DNA of 64,000 nucleotides from positions 1 through 64,000 of the IMG/VR virus record IMGVR_UViG_3300020183_000020, one strand, 5' to 3'. Source of the stretch: a virus. Under the pieces are notes generated by a model that saw nothing but the letters and a program-made list of their open reading frames with translations, did no database searches and was not told where the DNA came from. Of this stretch, positions 1-9,989 are shown one piece after another. A program made the translations under genes and the position numbers. Position 1 is the first letter of the stretch. Every line of letters starts with the position of its first letter.

Positions 1-38
1 TCAGACATAACCCGCATATGTCTCAGACATAACCCAAG

Positions 39-614
39 ATGGAGAAAAAAATGACAAACATACTCAGAGAACTGATGGTGAGAGTAGCCCACCTAGAGAA
101 AAAGGCAGGACTCTCCGCCCCCATCGACCTAAGTGAAAAATATCTCGCAGGTATCGACCTGAAAGGGGCTAACCTCTCGGATATGAACCTATCAGGTAAA
201 AATCTATATGGGGCTGATTGCTCGGGTGCGAACCTAAAGCACGCAGAACTCATTGATTCTATTCTCGTTCAAGCTAACTTTGAGAAGGCGAACCTCGGCG
301 GTGCTGATCTCAGAAAGGCTAAGATCATGAATACTAACCTCAAGGGGGCTAGCCTACCTATCGCTGACCTCGAAAGGGCGGACCTATCGGGGGCTAACCT
401 CACGGGGGCTAACCTACATGGGGCGATCCTCGAAGGTGCTCGCCTTGAGAAAACCATTCTCGTGAAGGCTGATCTCTCATCTGCTATCCTAGATGGAGCG
501 AATCTGAAGGGGGCGATCCTCAAGGGGGCAAACCTCAAGCGGGCTACCTATAACGACTCAACCAGACTCCCCGCCCTCGACGCGGACCAGCTCGCCGTCA
601 TGATAAAAGTGTAA
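39..614 (+). CDS. Pentapeptide-repeat protein with N-terminal LRELMVRVAHLEKKAG tag
   Basis: Long A(D/N)LxG pentapeptide run; N-terminus matches the recurrent tag. Confidence 0.9.
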   Translation: MEKKMTNILRELMVRVAHLEKKAGLSAPIDLSEKYLAGIDLKGANLSDMNLSGKNLYGADCSGANLKHAELIDSILVQANFEKANLGGADLRKAKIMNTNLKGASLPIADLERADLSGANLTGANLHGAILEGARLEKTILVKADLSSAILDGANLKGAILKGANLKRATYNDSTRLPALDADQLAVMIKV

Positions 615-620
615 GACACC

Positions 621-880
621 TACACTCAGAGAACTGATGGTGAGAGTAGCCCACCTAGAGAGAAGGGCTGCCCTAGTAGGGGAACCTGACAGGGGCAGAC
701 CTCTCGGGTCGAGATTTGAAGGGGCGAATCTCTCCTACGCGAACCTAAAGGGGGGCTGATCTTAGGGGGCTAACCTCAAGGGGCTCGACCTGAGCAGGGG
801 CTAACCTATTGGGGGCGGTCCTAGAGATGGCTGACCTAGAGGATCATGGGGGCGAACCTCAGAGCGGGCTGGTCTCAAGG
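621..880 (+). pseudogene. Frameshifted tandem copy of the pentapeptide gene
   Basis: 624-661 is identical to 62-99; followed by broken GGGGCTAACCTC/GGGGCGAACCTC units with no start codon or long ORF. Confidence 0.8.
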
Positions 881-905
881 ATTTCAAATAGGGGGGTTAG
901 ATTAA

Positions 906-935
906 GTATCCCAAGTGGGATTATCCGATATTAGT
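906..935 (+). promoter_or_regulatory. Phage promoter class E (GTATCCCA-N15-TATTAGT)
   Basis: One of 7 copies with an exact 15-nt spacer, each upstream of a gene. Confidence 0.75.
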
Positions 936-972
936 TAGGTGTGAGAGATAACCCCAACTAAGGAAAGAGAAG

Positions 973-1572
973 ATGGATAATCTAACATTCAACGCCCACA
1001 GCACCATCGTCAAGTTCACGACCACCAAGAAGGGGACCCCCGATCTCAAGGTCGAGGGGGGGCAGGTTCGTGGTAAGCATAAGGTGGTGGTCACCTTGAT
1101 GGTGGGTGTGGATCACAAGGTGGTGGCGGCACTTGATCTATTGAGGGTCAAGGGGGCAGACCTCTCCGCCCTGCGGAGGGATATAGAGAGTGAGATGGGG
1201 GAGTTAACGGATTCAGATTGGGGGGATGCCCTTCATGGCACCCTGCCGAGGAAGAAAGGGCTTCTGATTGCACTTCAACAATCAGCTTGTGGTGAGAACG
1301 AGTCGGTGGGGCATTTAAATGCGTATGAGGCACACCCGATTGGGGTTTCGGGAGTCGTAAGGCACAAGGCGACAGGGGAGACCCATGTGAGAGGGTTGGT
1401 AGTGTCTGAGACAATCCTTGAGGCAGACCCACTTGGCGACTCTCGGCAGGTTGAGAGTGGGGTTCATGTAAACATAAAGAATCGGATTGTGAAGAACCTA
1501 GGGTTGGCTACGGGGAAGTGGAGGCAGTACACGCTTCCCGCAGATGTGACGCTCACCAAAGCTGGCTTCTAA
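973..1572 (+). CDS. Hypothetical protein (putative early gene)
   Basis: 199-aa ORF, AAGGA RBS, class E promoter. Confidence 0.8.
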   Translation: MDNLTFNAHSTIVKFTTTKKGTPDLKVEGGQVRGKHKVVVTLMVGVDHKVVAALDLLRVKGADLSALRRDIESEMGELTDSDWGDALHGTLPRKKGLLIALQQSACGENESVGHLNAYEAHPIGVSGVVRHKATGETHVRGLVVSETILEADPLGDSRQVESGVHVNIKNRIVKNLGLATGKWRQYTLPADVTLTKAGF

Positions 1573-1598
1573 AGGGTGGCGGGGTGGCGGAGAATCGT

Positions 1599-1647
1599 TA
1601 GACTTTTTATTTATTGGATAGTGTGAATTCACACGGGGTTATCCAAT
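1599..1647 (+). promoter_or_regulatory. Class L motif (TA-N5-TTTAT) plus hairpin covering RBS and start
   Basis: TAGACTTTTTAT, then ATTGGATA-GTGTG/CACAC-TATCCAAT stem overlapping the ATG at 1646. Confidence 0.7.
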
Positions 1648-1945
1648 GAGCAATCAGCACCAAACTATCTTAGAGTGGGTCTTTAAGGGGCTATCGGCTG
1701 TAGTTTTGCCGATAGCCATTTATGTGTTGAATATGTCAACGACCCTAGCTCTGCAAGACCAAGAGATAAAGGCTTTGCAAGAACAGGTATCCGAACACAA
1801 GAATGAGTTGAAGAAAGTTCAAGAGGGGATGGTGGCGGTGCAGTTATTGAGCCAAGAGCTAAAGCAGATAAAAGATGACCTTCAACGCAACAATCAGATG
1901 ATGAAAGAAGTCTACGACCATATTTTAAGAACAGGTGGTCGCTAA
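1646..1945 (+). CDS. Membrane protein, 1 TM plus coiled coil (holin-like architecture)
   Basis: N-terminal hydrophobic helix followed by heptads. Confidence 0.65.
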   Translation: MSNQHQTILEWVFKGLSAVVLPIAIYVLNMSTTLALQDQEIKALQEQVSEHKNELKKVQEGMVAVQLLSQELKQIKDDLQRNNQMMKEVYDHILRTGGR

Positions 1946-2315
1946 GATGAAGTCGTTATTATTTTACTGCACAATAGGGTTTTTTGGATTTGTGTTGGTG
2001 AGTGTTGTACCTAGCCCGATAGGGAAGCCCAAAGGTGATCAGAAAACACCGAAAGAGCAAAAAACGGATAAACCATTAATGGGGCAGAGACTAAATAGAC
2101 AATTGCATGGTATTAAGAAAGAGCGAGAGGAGTGGAACACTCGAACTCGCTGTTTACGCCAAGCGATTTTAGGAGATATGAACCATGAGCGAACAGACCA
2201 AACCCGCCCCACAAGAGATGGGACAACTGACGGAACAAGAGCTTCAGACGATTGCCCAACTACGGACAGCCGCGAATCAGCTATTGGGAACACTTGGACA
2301 GTTGGAAATCCGTAA
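1935..2315 (+). CDS. Hypothetical membrane-anchored protein
   Basis: Hydrophobic N-terminus; 3' part overlaps the next gene. Confidence 0.4.
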   Translation: MVAKMKSLLFYCTIGFFGFVLVSVVPSPIGKPKGDQKTPKEQKTDKPLMGQRLNRQLHGIKKEREEWNTRTRCLRQAILGDMNHERTDQTRPTRDGTTDGTRASDDCPTTDSRESAIGNTWTVGNP

Positions 2316-2472
2316 GTCTCGTGTAGTTGCTCTATTAGAACGCAATGAGGTACAGGCACAACAGATTCTATCTGAGGCTCGTAAGCGTAGTGGTGTATCT
2401 GATGATATGCCGTGGCAGATTCAAGAGGATGGGAAAATCCTAGCTATCCCAACCAATACGCCTGAGGGGTAA
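2185..2472 (+). CDS. Small coiled-coil protein
   Basis: AGGAG RBS, helical composition. Confidence 0.75.
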   Translation: MSEQTKPAPQEMGQLTEQELQTIAQLRTAANQLLGTLGQLEIRKSRVVALLERNEVQAQQILSEARKRSGVSDDMPWQIQEDGKILAIPTNTPEG

Positions 2473-2502
2473 TATCTTCCCCTCTAGAGAGGGAGAAGTC
2501 GA

Positions 2503-3894
2503 ATGTCACATGGGTGGTACGAAGCTAGATCAGCTTATCCAATACCACCAACGAATACATCAGCGACTTCTCCTTTTCTAAAGGGAGAGATGGATGTGCG
2601 TTGGGACAATCCCGCTCTGTTACATGGGAACGAGGGTTGGATTATCCGTGGTGCAAATATTTATCGTTCGGGGGACTCGGATAGAGGACCTTATCGAAGG
2701 GTAAATATGACACCTGTAGGTGGGACTTTCTATCGTGATCGGGTTGATTCATGGCTTGTCTATGAGGAACCCATTACGGCTGAAAAATGGATAAGTAAGG
2801 GTGACCAAGAAGAAGACCCATATCGCTTCAGGACTGAATATCCGATAGCGAGGATAGGGGAGACTTCGGAAGCCTCTTTTTCAGGTAGGGATGTCATAGT
2901 GACGATAGATGGTGAAATAGTCCCTGTGGCAAGAACTATGGGTCAAATCAAAGAAGTAGTCTTATTGTACACGGGAGTGAAACTTGCTCAACCCCTTGAA
3001 CAAAGGGGCATCAGCTATCCTCCTGCCATAACGGAGGACTCTGAGGTGAAGGTTACTTATGTGGCTTATGATCCCACTTTTAGGTTGAGAGTGGGGACGG
3101 ATAAGAGGGACTTCTACAGGGTAACTACTGTGGCGGAAGACCCTAAGACGGGGGAGCTGCATGAGACCCCCTTAGATTATTGCCAGCCGTTTTCGGATAG
3201 AGAGATAGAACGGGTGGACTATATGTGGCGAGAGGGCATGAGAAGAAATAATTGGATACTTGATCAGGGAGGGGAGCGGGTTAAGTTATTTACGAGGAGG
3301 GTAGTTGGGATACCTTGTATTTGTGGAGCGTTTAATAGAGAAACCCTTATTTATGCCAAACAACCTGATTCTTTGTGCATGATTTGTTTTGGAACGGGAG
3401 TGAGAGGAGGATATGATGGTCCATATGACATAATCATTGGACCTGATGAGGGGGATAAGAGGGTAAGCCAAGATGTGAGAGGTAGGCGTAAAGAACACTC
3501 ATATGAGGTATGGATTGGACCTAGCCCGATTGTTTCTCAGCGTGACTTCATTGTAAAAATGAACAACGACAGGTATTCAATAGGTGGCGTGAGATATCCC
3601 TCAAACAGAGGGAATGTACTTCAACAACACTTTCAAATAGCGTATTTGGATAGTGGGGACATCAGATATAAAGTGCCGATTGATGGAGTTCCCGTTTCTT
3701 GGCCAAAGACTAACTTTGGATACTTGCCTTATAGAGACACCTATACGGCAAGGGGGGACTCTAACTTCCCAATCACGCCTGACACGGGGTATCCGATGGA
3801 TTCGGATAGACCTGATATTCCGACAGCTTTAGAACAAAGGGGTCGGACGGCAACATGGGAAAATCATCATGGACGAGGCGGCAAGAACTCCTAG
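2503..3894 (+). CDS. Putative virion neck/head-closure protein with FN3-like N-terminus and Zn motif
   Basis: VRWD..GANIYRS (FN3-like); CICG..CMICFGTG..GGY; RDFIV..RYSI; structural operon context. Confidence 0.5.
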   Translation: MSHGWYEARSAYPIPPTNTSATSPFLKGEMDVRWDNPALLHGNEGWIIRGANIYRSGDSDRGPYRRVNMTPVGGTFYRDRVDSWLVYEEPITAEKWISKGDQEEDPYRFRTEYPIARIGETSEASFSGRDVIVTIDGEIVPVARTMGQIKEVVLLYTGVKLAQPLEQRGISYPPAITEDSEVKVTYVAYDPTFRLRVGTDKRDFYRVTTVAEDPKTGELHETPLDYCQPFSDREIERVDYMWREGMRRNNWILDQGGERVKLFTRRVVGIPCICGAFNRETLIYAKQPDSLCMICFGTGVRGGYDGPYDIIIGPDEGDKRVSQDVRGRRKEHSYEVWIGPSPIVSQRDFIVKMNNDRYSIGGVRYPSNRGNVLQQHFQIAYLDSGDIRYKVPIDGVPVSWPKTNFGYLPYRDTYTARGDSNFPITPDTGYPMDSDRPDIPTALEQRGRTATWENHHGRGGKNS

Positions 3895-3911
3895 TCTTAG
3901 GTGGATGACTC

Positions 3912-4436
3912 ATGAATGAACGAAATCCCAAGAAGAAATGGAACCTTCTCAAGTACAAGGTTCAAAAGACTTCTTTTCAGTCTCCCCTGATGAGACAGGC
4001 TAAAATAACACGCAGGATGCTAGAGATCATCGGTGAAGAAATGGTCAAGGGTGTCCGATATGAAGCCATGAGAGCCGCAGGCTTAGGTACAGGTATGCCT
4101 TCTACCTCTGACTTCTTGGATAGTTTTGGTTATGAAATAGTCGGAGATGATTCAATACGGATAACATCGGATTGGAAGTGGGTAGCCAAGTATCTAAAGG
4201 CTAAAGAACCCTACAAGATGGATTGGCTCACTCAACAAAAAGGGGCTCCCAAAATCATTCCAATGAAAGACAAATATGGTGAGATTGTATTTCGTACAGC
4301 ACCTTTATTGGTGCGGGATTCTTGGATACATCCTGCCATACACAAATACAACTTCATAGATCGAGGCGTAGAACGGGGAATACGAAGCTCCACAAGCAGA
4401 ATCCTATTTGAACTCAAAGAGGAGTTTCTACAATGA
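3912..4436 (+). CDS. Putative neck/tail-completion protein
   Basis: C-terminal IHPA..NFIDRG resembles HK97 gp10-type neck proteins; context. Confidence 0.4.
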   Translation: MNERNPKKKWNLLKYKVQKTSFQSPLMRQAKITRRMLEIIGEEMVKGVRYEAMRAAGLGTGMPSTSDFLDSFGYEIVGDDSIRITSDWKWVAKYLKAKEPYKMDWLTQQKGAPKIIPMKDKYGEIVFRTAPLLVRDSWIHPAIHKYNFIDRGVERGIRSSTSRILFELKEEFLQ

Positions 4437-4996
4437 CCTATCGTCTCACATCCACTAGTGCAATACGGATAAACACGCTCAACTTGGGCTTAGGGGTAGG
4501 GCAGGTTTACGAGTGCAGTAAGAACTCATACGACACCAATACTGAACTACAGGCTCTCGTGAAACAAGGATTACTCAAGTTATCCATTAAGAGCGAAGGA
4601 TTGGTAGCACGGACAGGTATCCCCAAATCTGTTCCCCGTAGCTCACAGCCTACTCAAGAGGTTCATCATCATCATCACCAAGAGCTAGATATGGAGGCGT
4701 TGGCATCTTTACTCATTAATCGTCTCAGCGGCATCTTGACCAATCCCATATCCTCCAACCCCATATCCTCCAATCCCATATCCTCCAATCCCATATCCTC
4801 CAATCCTGCCACCCAATCCACAACAAAAATGGATAGTGGATTAGAGGAGCCCTTGGTATTTATCCCATCTAGGATACTATCCAATACGGACAAAGTATCG
4901 GAGACTCCTTTGGCATCACAATCGGAGTCTTTGGATAGTGAGCTTGCGGATGCCTTGTCCGCATTGAAAGCCCTAAGAAGAGCCAATAAACCCTAA
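4433..4996 (+). CDS. Hypothetical protein with His6 run and NPISS repeats
   Basis: ATGA overlap with the upstream gene. Confidence 0.75.
   Translation: MTYRLTSTSAIRINTLNLGLGVGQVYECSKNSYDTNTELQALVKQGLLKLSIKSEGLVARTGIPKSVPRSSQPTQEVHHHHHQELDMEALASLLINRLSGILTNPISSNPISSNPISSNPISSNPATQSTTKMDSGLEEPLVFIPSRILSNTDKVSETPLASQSESLDSELADALSALKALRRANKP
4741..4806 (+). repeat. 15-bp tandem repeat x4 (CAATCCCATATCCTC)
   Basis: Directly visible; encodes NPISS. Confidence 0.95.
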
Positions 4997-5016
4997 CCCC
5001 CCCAGCATAAAGGATA

Positions 5017-6015
5017 ATGCTCATGCGTAAAGGAATCGGATTAGACATAGGAACAATGAACTTGGTTTCCGCTCGTAAAGCGGAAAAGAACAACATCACA
5101 CTCAGACAGATGAGAGATTTGTTCATAGACCTCCCGACCACGGCAAAGAAGATGTTGAAGTTGGGATCAGTCTCTTACATTGAGTCTGGAGATCATCTTT
5201 TGGTCTTAGGTGATGAGGCGATGGAAGTGGCTAATATGTTCGGCAGGGAAGGTAGAAGACCCCTGAAGGCAGGTCTTATTTCCGCAGAGGAAGTGGACTC
5301 TTTGACGGTTCTTGGTCACATGATTAAGGATGTGTTGGGTGAGCCGACACATGAGGGGGAACATTGCTATTTTTCTATCCCTGCCGCCCCTGTAGATGTG
5401 AATATGGATGTGGTCTATCACAAGGGTGTGTTTACACGGATAGTTCAAGAGTGTGGTTTCACACCTCATGCTGCGAATGAGGCGATGGCTATCATTTTTG
5501 CTGAAACCGCTAAGGAAGGTTTCTCAGGTATTGGCATCTCTTTTGGTAGCGGGATGACAAATATCGCACTATCCATTTCCACTATTGAAGGACTTAGCTT
5601 TTCAGTTGCGAGAGGAGGGGATTGGATAGATCAGGGAGCAGCCAAGTCCGTAGGTGGTACTGCATCTAAGATGTGTGCCATCAAAGAAAAGGGTATCGAC
5701 TTAAATAACCCCAAAAGCCGAGAAGAAGAAGCGATCAGCTTTTACTACAAAGCCCTGATTGAACACGCATTGGATAACATTACACAGCAGTTCATGATGA
5801 AGGGAGGACACCTTGTCTTGAACAAGCCCATCCCAATCGTGGTTGGGGGCGGGACTTCCTTAGCGGGCGGCTTTATGGACTTCTTTAAACAAGTCTTTGA
5901 GTCGAAGCGTAAGAGGTTCCCCATTCAAATCTCTGAAGTCCGTCATGCAGGTGATCCATTTTATGCGGTGAGCAAGGGTATGTTGGTCTTGGCACAGCAA
6001 GAGTACGATGACTAG
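5017..6015 (+). CDS. Actin-fold ATPase (MreB/MamK/FtsA superfamily)
   Basis: Phosphate-1 GLDIGT, connect-1 NEAMA, phosphate-2 SFGSGMT, adenosine VGGGTS. Confidence 0.88.
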   Translation: MLMRKGIGLDIGTMNLVSARKAEKNNITLRQMRDLFIDLPTTAKKMLKLGSVSYIESGDHLLVLGDEAMEVANMFGREGRRPLKAGLISAEEVDSLTVLGHMIKDVLGEPTHEGEHCYFSIPAAPVDVNMDVVYHKGVFTRIVQECGFTPHAANEAMAIIFAETAKEGFSGIGISFGSGMTNIALSISTIEGLSFSVARGGDWIDQGAAKSVGGTASKMCAIKEKGIDLNNPKSREEEAISFYYKALIEHALDNITQQFMMKGGHLVLNKPIPIVVGGGTSLAGGFMDFFKQVFESKRKRFPIQISEVRHAGDPFYAVSKGMLVLAQQEYDD

Positions 6016-6141
6016 TGATCAACGCTGATGTGTCATCATATTACAACTTTGATGTCGAATAAATAGCCCACACTTGACAATCCCATTTTATCCACTTAGC
6101 CTGTGGTTGTGTTTAACTTTTGACTAAATGGATAAGTTGGA

Positions 6142-6360
6142 ATGAAAGATAATGTATCTGTAGATGAACTCGTAGAGGTTTTCCTCCGTCCGAAGTCTGA
6201 GGATGAATCCCCTGCCTCAGAACAATGGGAAGATTTCTCACTTGTGTGTCTAGATGTTAATGGCGTGAACATTGTGGACTTGAAGGGTAAGGCTTTTAAG
6301 TTCCCAGGCAGTTATTCGCTCTCTTTGATCGGTGATAGCGTATACCTGAGGGCTAAGTAA
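6142..6360 (+). CDS. Hypothetical protein
   Basis: Preceded by TTGACA-N17-TAGCCT. Confidence 0.55.
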   Translation: MKDNVSVDELVEVFLRPKSEDESPASEQWEDFSLVCLDVNGVNIVDLKGKAFKFPGSYSLSLIGDSVYLRAK

Positions 6361-6371
6361 AACCTATTTTG

Positions 6372-6431
6372 TAATCCTTTTATCAGCTCCAAAGGATTAA
6401 TGGATAAATCCTATCTATTAATCCTTTGGAG
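6372..6431 (+). promoter_or_regulatory. Class L motif plus 15-bp perfect hairpin hiding the GGAG RBS
   Basis: CTCCAAAGGATTAAT...ATTAATCCTTTGGAG at 6387-6431. Confidence 0.75.
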
Positions 6432-6439
6432 TGAAAATC

Positions 6440-6766
6440 ATGATCAGAAGAACAGCATCGGAAGTTTTACAGAGCCTCGAAGCCCGTATAGCCCGTCTCG
6501 AAGGTCGTACTGCATCGACAAGAAGAGCGGCTATGGATTTAAGTGCGTATGACGATAATATCGACCCTGAAACCCTCCCTGAGAGCGTTCAGGACAAGCT
6601 CCTCTCTGTCGGAGCGATTGAGTACAAATCCTATTATGGCACAAAGCACAATCTATCTCAGTTCTCCCCCTATGAGGATGACGAGGTTGATGTAATAGTG
6701 TGGACAGCTAAAGCCTATGCGTTAGGTCTAAGAAAAGGTCGCCGCAGGAACACGGGTTGGAATTGA
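6440..6766 (+). CDS. Tag-bearing small protein (MIRRTASEVLQSLEARIARLEGRTAS)
   Basis: ATG at 6440 by homology to the 28043 and 56082 starts. Confidence 0.85.
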   Translation: MIRRTASEVLQSLEARIARLEGRTASTRRAAMDLSAYDDNIDPETLPESVQDKLLSVGAIEYKSYYGTKHNLSQFSPYEDDEVDVIVWTAKAYALGLRKGRRRNTGWN

Positions 6767-6808
6767 TTAGGTCTTGACTTAAACTATCCTATCCGCTATC
6801 GTGCGGAT

Positions 6809-7126
6809 ATGTGGATTGTGTATGTCATACAGAGTCAGATGCCCCGAAAGACCGCGAGCGGTAAGCCCGCTGAGGGGTTTTATTATGTGGGGTCAACCAC
6901 GGATGTTAATAGAAGGCTCCGCCAACACAATGGGGAGATTGTGGGAGGTGGGAAGTACACATCTCAATATCGACCTTGGGTCTTGAGGTGTACTTATGGG
7001 CCTTATGCAAACAGGTCTGAAGCCCTTAAAGCGGAGCTAGCCCTTAAGAAGAAGCGGGGTAAGGCTAGGCTGAATTGGACGACTGATGACTCCCCTTGGT
7101 GTAGGGGTCGTCAAATATTATCGTGA
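6809..7126 (+). CDS. GIY-YIG nuclease, SLX1-like
   Basis: IVYVIQS..FYYVGST..RRLRQHNGEIVGGGKYT..RPW; TTGACT-N17-TATCGT at 6774-6802. Confidence 0.9.
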   Translation: MWIVYVIQSQMPRKTASGKPAEGFYYVGSTTDVNRRLRQHNGEIVGGGKYTSQYRPWVLRCTYGPYANRSEALKAELALKKKRGKARLNWTTDDSPWCRGRQILS

Positions 7127-8311
7127 AGATTCAAGTCGGGAGATTCTCATCTCAAGGCTTCTTAAGGCTTGAGATGCTGATGCCAATCTAGGGGTAGAGT
7201 TAAATATAATCTTATATGCCTCTGCAACTGCCTTCTTCCATTTGTCGGGTGCATTCTCTTTCAGAGATTGGAAGAATCTGTAGAGATAATCAGAGTTAAT
7301 TCTTCTTATCTCTGAAGAAACTTCACGCATATCTTCTTTGCTGATGGGGAGACCCACAAATTGCTTAAAAATAAGATTCCTCTTATCAGCAGTTATCCCC
7401 CGCCTATCGAATTCCCCCACTAAATAAGCGATTGCATCTCTTAGTAAAGTGTGAAACTCCCTGTCGTCCAAGAAGTAATCATCATTATCCTCTCCTCTTT
7501 GAGAGTATTGTGGGGTTCTAATCTTTCTTGAGAGTAAATCTCTATCCGAAACATCCTCTTCCGTTATCATCATCCTGCTCCGTGTAATCATAGACTGAGC
7601 GACATGACCCATTTCATGAACTAGTATCTTCCATACTTCTCTCTCCAAATCTTGGGGGCTCATGTAATTTCGGTAAATTACGGTCAGCACCCGACGATAG
7701 CCCCCCCAAGACCCCCCGGACTCCCCCTCAGTCTTTTCCACATTCACATCAAAGGTATAGGGGGGGACACCACTTGGAACCCTTCCGATGAGGTCGGGGT
7801 ACCAATCTTCATCCTTAAATTCAAATGTTTTGCTTGCCACTACCCCACTAGAGGAACCACCCCTTAGTGATACTTTTTGGGTGATTAATGTTTTGAATCT
7901 TGCTGTTTTGGGGTCTTCTACCCCAACTAATTCTTCCGTACAGAACTTAATCACTCTTTCAAAAAGCGGCACAAATTGAGCTTTAATCTCCGCTCTCCGA
8001 GCTGGATTAGCGACTCCGCTAAACAAGGATTGTTTGGCTTGTGGCAGAGTTATGGGAGCAACCTGCGTTAGGAGGCGTTCTAAGGGCTCGTACTCGTTGT
8101 ACAATTCCCTTGTTCCCTTTGTGTCGAGGCTCTTAAGAAAAGTCTGAGAAACCTCGATTGCTTTTCTTAGCCATTTATCCACACCCTCGTCACTCTCCTT
8201 GGGTTTTTGGAGTGACGCTACAATATCTGTAGCAATTACGGAGACGACAAACTCATATATCTCTCGGGTCAAGTTCGGTGGGACTTTAATGATCCCCGCG
8301 TTTCTTCTCAT
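7118..8311 (-). CDS. Zincin-like metallopeptidase with C-terminal tag
   Basis: LVHEMGH..YFLDDREF; ends RLASASQALRSLEMRISRLESSR. Confidence 0.75.
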   Translation of the reverse strand: MRRNAGIIKVPPNLTREIYEFVVSVIATDIVASLQKPKESDEGVDKWLRKAIEVSQTFLKSLDTKGTRELYNEYEPLERLLTQVAPITLPQAKQSLFSGVANPARRAEIKAQFVPLFERVIKFCTEELVGVEDPKTARFKTLITQKVSLRGGSSSGVVASKTFEFKDEDWYPDLIGRVPSGVPPYTFDVNVEKTEGESGGSWGGYRRVLTVIYRNYMSPQDLEREVWKILVHEMGHVAQSMITRSRMMITEEDVSDRDLLSRKIRTPQYSQRGEDNDDYFLDDREFHTLLRDAIAYLVGEFDRRGITADKRNLIFKQFVGLPISKEDMREVSSEIRRINSDYLYRFFQSLKENAPDKWKKAVAEAYKIIFNSTPRLASASQALRSLEMRISRLESSR

Positions 8312-8419
8312 TTTCTCTAATCCTTTGGGTGGGATGTCTATCTGAGAGGATTAATAAAGTATCTATTTATAAAGAGGGGGTTATGTCTATCCAAAAACCG
8401 ACCCTATGGAGTCACAATC

Positions 8420-8746
8420 ATAATAAGAAGAACCGCTAGTGAAGTTTTAAGAAGCCTTGAGATGAGGATCGCTCGCCTTGAAAAGGCGGCAGGGTATCCT
8501 CCTGCAAGAGAAGCCGATATCGAAAAAGCTAAAAAGCTCCTGCAAGAGTATTTGATATCAAAGGGTGATCGAAACGAGTGGTGGGACGGAGAACTAAACT
8601 TTAAAACACCTAATTTTAAGAGCATCAAGGGCAGTAATGTGGTCTTTTCGGTCGAGTGGTTTGGTACCCTTGTTTATAACTCAGCGGGAAGGGAAGTTGC
8701 GGAGTACGAGGTGGATGTAGAAAAAGAGACCGTAAAATTACTCTAG
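8420..8746 (+). CDS. Tag-bearing small protein whose start codon is ATA
   Basis: 8393-8466 equals 56055-56128 except ATG>ATA; in frame with the 8462 ORF. Confidence 0.7.
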   Translation: MIRRTASEVLRSLEMRIARLEKAAGYPPAREADIEKAKKLLQEYLISKGDRNEWWDGELNFKTPNFKSIKGSNVVFSVEWFGTLVYNSAGREVAEYEVDVEKETVKLL

Positions 8747-8896
8747 CAATCAGCCTTAAGGTGTTAAGTTTTGACCTCTAGGGGGGGTCAAAACGCAGCA
8801 AAAGGGACACCTAAGATCGGGTGTATGCCTGAGCCACACACAATGGGTCTAGACTACTAACTCGGATTCGAGTGTCTTGATTCGGATTAAAATCCA

Positions 8897-9988
8897 TCAT
8901 GACTTCGGGTTTAATTTCTCAAAAAGTTTAAGAGCTTTCTGTTTGAACCCAATCTGAGGTTCAATCCTGATTACATAGTTATGATATCTCGTCCCATCTG
9001 TATCCTCATCGTGCCATAGTTTCTTAAATACCCCTATAGGGAGCCTCACCAACTTTCTCCTAGAGGGATCGGACAAAATAATATGTCCATCTTTTATGTC
9101 TTTTACTATGCAGTAGTGACCCTCAGACCAAGTTTCTTCCCAATTTCTTTTGGCTTCCCGATCCCACATTTGCATAGAAACTATAGAATAGACCCCATCC
9201 GAAATCGCATCCTTTAAGTCTGATATGCCCTGCTCAGACATATCTACCTCACACCCAAGTCTCTTGAAGAAATACATTATATTCGGGAGCGGAGTACCCT
9301 CCTCAGGGTTTGTGCCAATAGCCTGTCGGACTTCCTTCTCAGAAACCCAAACCCCTTCAGTATTTAAGATTGCTGTTACACAAGCAGCCCCACACGAATA
9401 TTTGGTCTCCTGTATCCGATGTTGGATACTCATACCTGCCCCGTTAAGCCGTCTTAAAACTTCAGAGGCTGATCTGTTCATAGACCTAAACTCCTCTTCA
9501 GAACACTCAGCCGTGGAATAGTTATCAGGTACAGCGTGGGGGATACCAACGCCTCCATTCATTTCTATGTGCTGCATAAAGGAAGAAAGGTGGTGGTGTC
9601 TGTCTTCCCACATATGAACAATAGCGTTCGGGAATTTAGACATGAGATCATCTATAACTCTTTTCTTAAAAGACTCCGTTCCACCCATGTCTTTCAAGAT
9701 GACATCATCGAACTTCAAACCTTTTTTGCGTAAGAGTCCTTCGACAACCTTTTGGAGGTGCTTTCTTCGACCCGTACAGACAACGGCATATACATCCTTA
9801 GATGCTATGCTTTTCCTAGCCTCCTCTACAACAGACTTTACCCATTGCTCCCCTTTAGGTAGACAAATCTCACCGAGGCTTAATGGGTTTTGGTGCCATT
9901 CACCATCTCTATCATTGTCATACCACGCGGGTGCTTTGGGTGATCTAAACAAGGTAGCATCAAAGTCATATATGTGAATTTGATTCAC
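8897..9988 (-). CDS. Swiss-army-knife-type HAD phosphatase fused to a C39 peptidase
   Basis: IHIYDFDATLFRSP..CTGR..MWEDR, then QETKYSCGAAC..GHY..DP; likely GTG start at 9988. Confidence 0.8.
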   Translation of the reverse strand: MNQIHIYDFDATLFRSPKAPAWYDNDRDGEWHQNPLSLGEICLPKGEQWVKSVVEEARKSIASKDVYAVVCTGRRKHLQKVVEGLLRKKGLKFDDVILKDMGGTESFKKRVIDDLMSKFPNAIVHMWEDRHHHLSSFMQHIEMNGGVGIPHAVPDNYSTAECSEEEFRSMNRSASEVLRRLNGAGMSIQHRIQETKYSCGAACVTAILNTEGVWVSEKEVRQAIGTNPEEGTPLPNIMYFFKRLGCEVDMSEQGISDLKDAISDGVYSIVSMQMWDREAKRNWEETWSEGHYCIVKDIKDGHIILSDPSRRKLVRLPIGVFKKLWHDEDTDGTRYHNYVIRIEPQIGFKQKALKLFEKLNPKS

Positions 9989-9989
9989 T

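Noticed and set aside
1-35. 13-bp direct repeat TCAGACATAACCC x2
   Set aside because: At the window edge; cannot be interpreted without the upstream sequence
269-538. Antisense ORFs over repeat genes (also 4675-4986, 16295-16606, 40401-40757)
   Set aside because: Shadow frames of repetitive coding sequence
6440-6510. Tag as the tail-spike chaperone (S74) coiled coil
   Set aside because: Mostly N-terminal, on non-fibre proteins, with no S74 domain
6809-7126. Homing endonuclease or mobile element
   Set aside because: Stand-alone 105-aa SLX1-like domain with no DNA-binding tail or intron context
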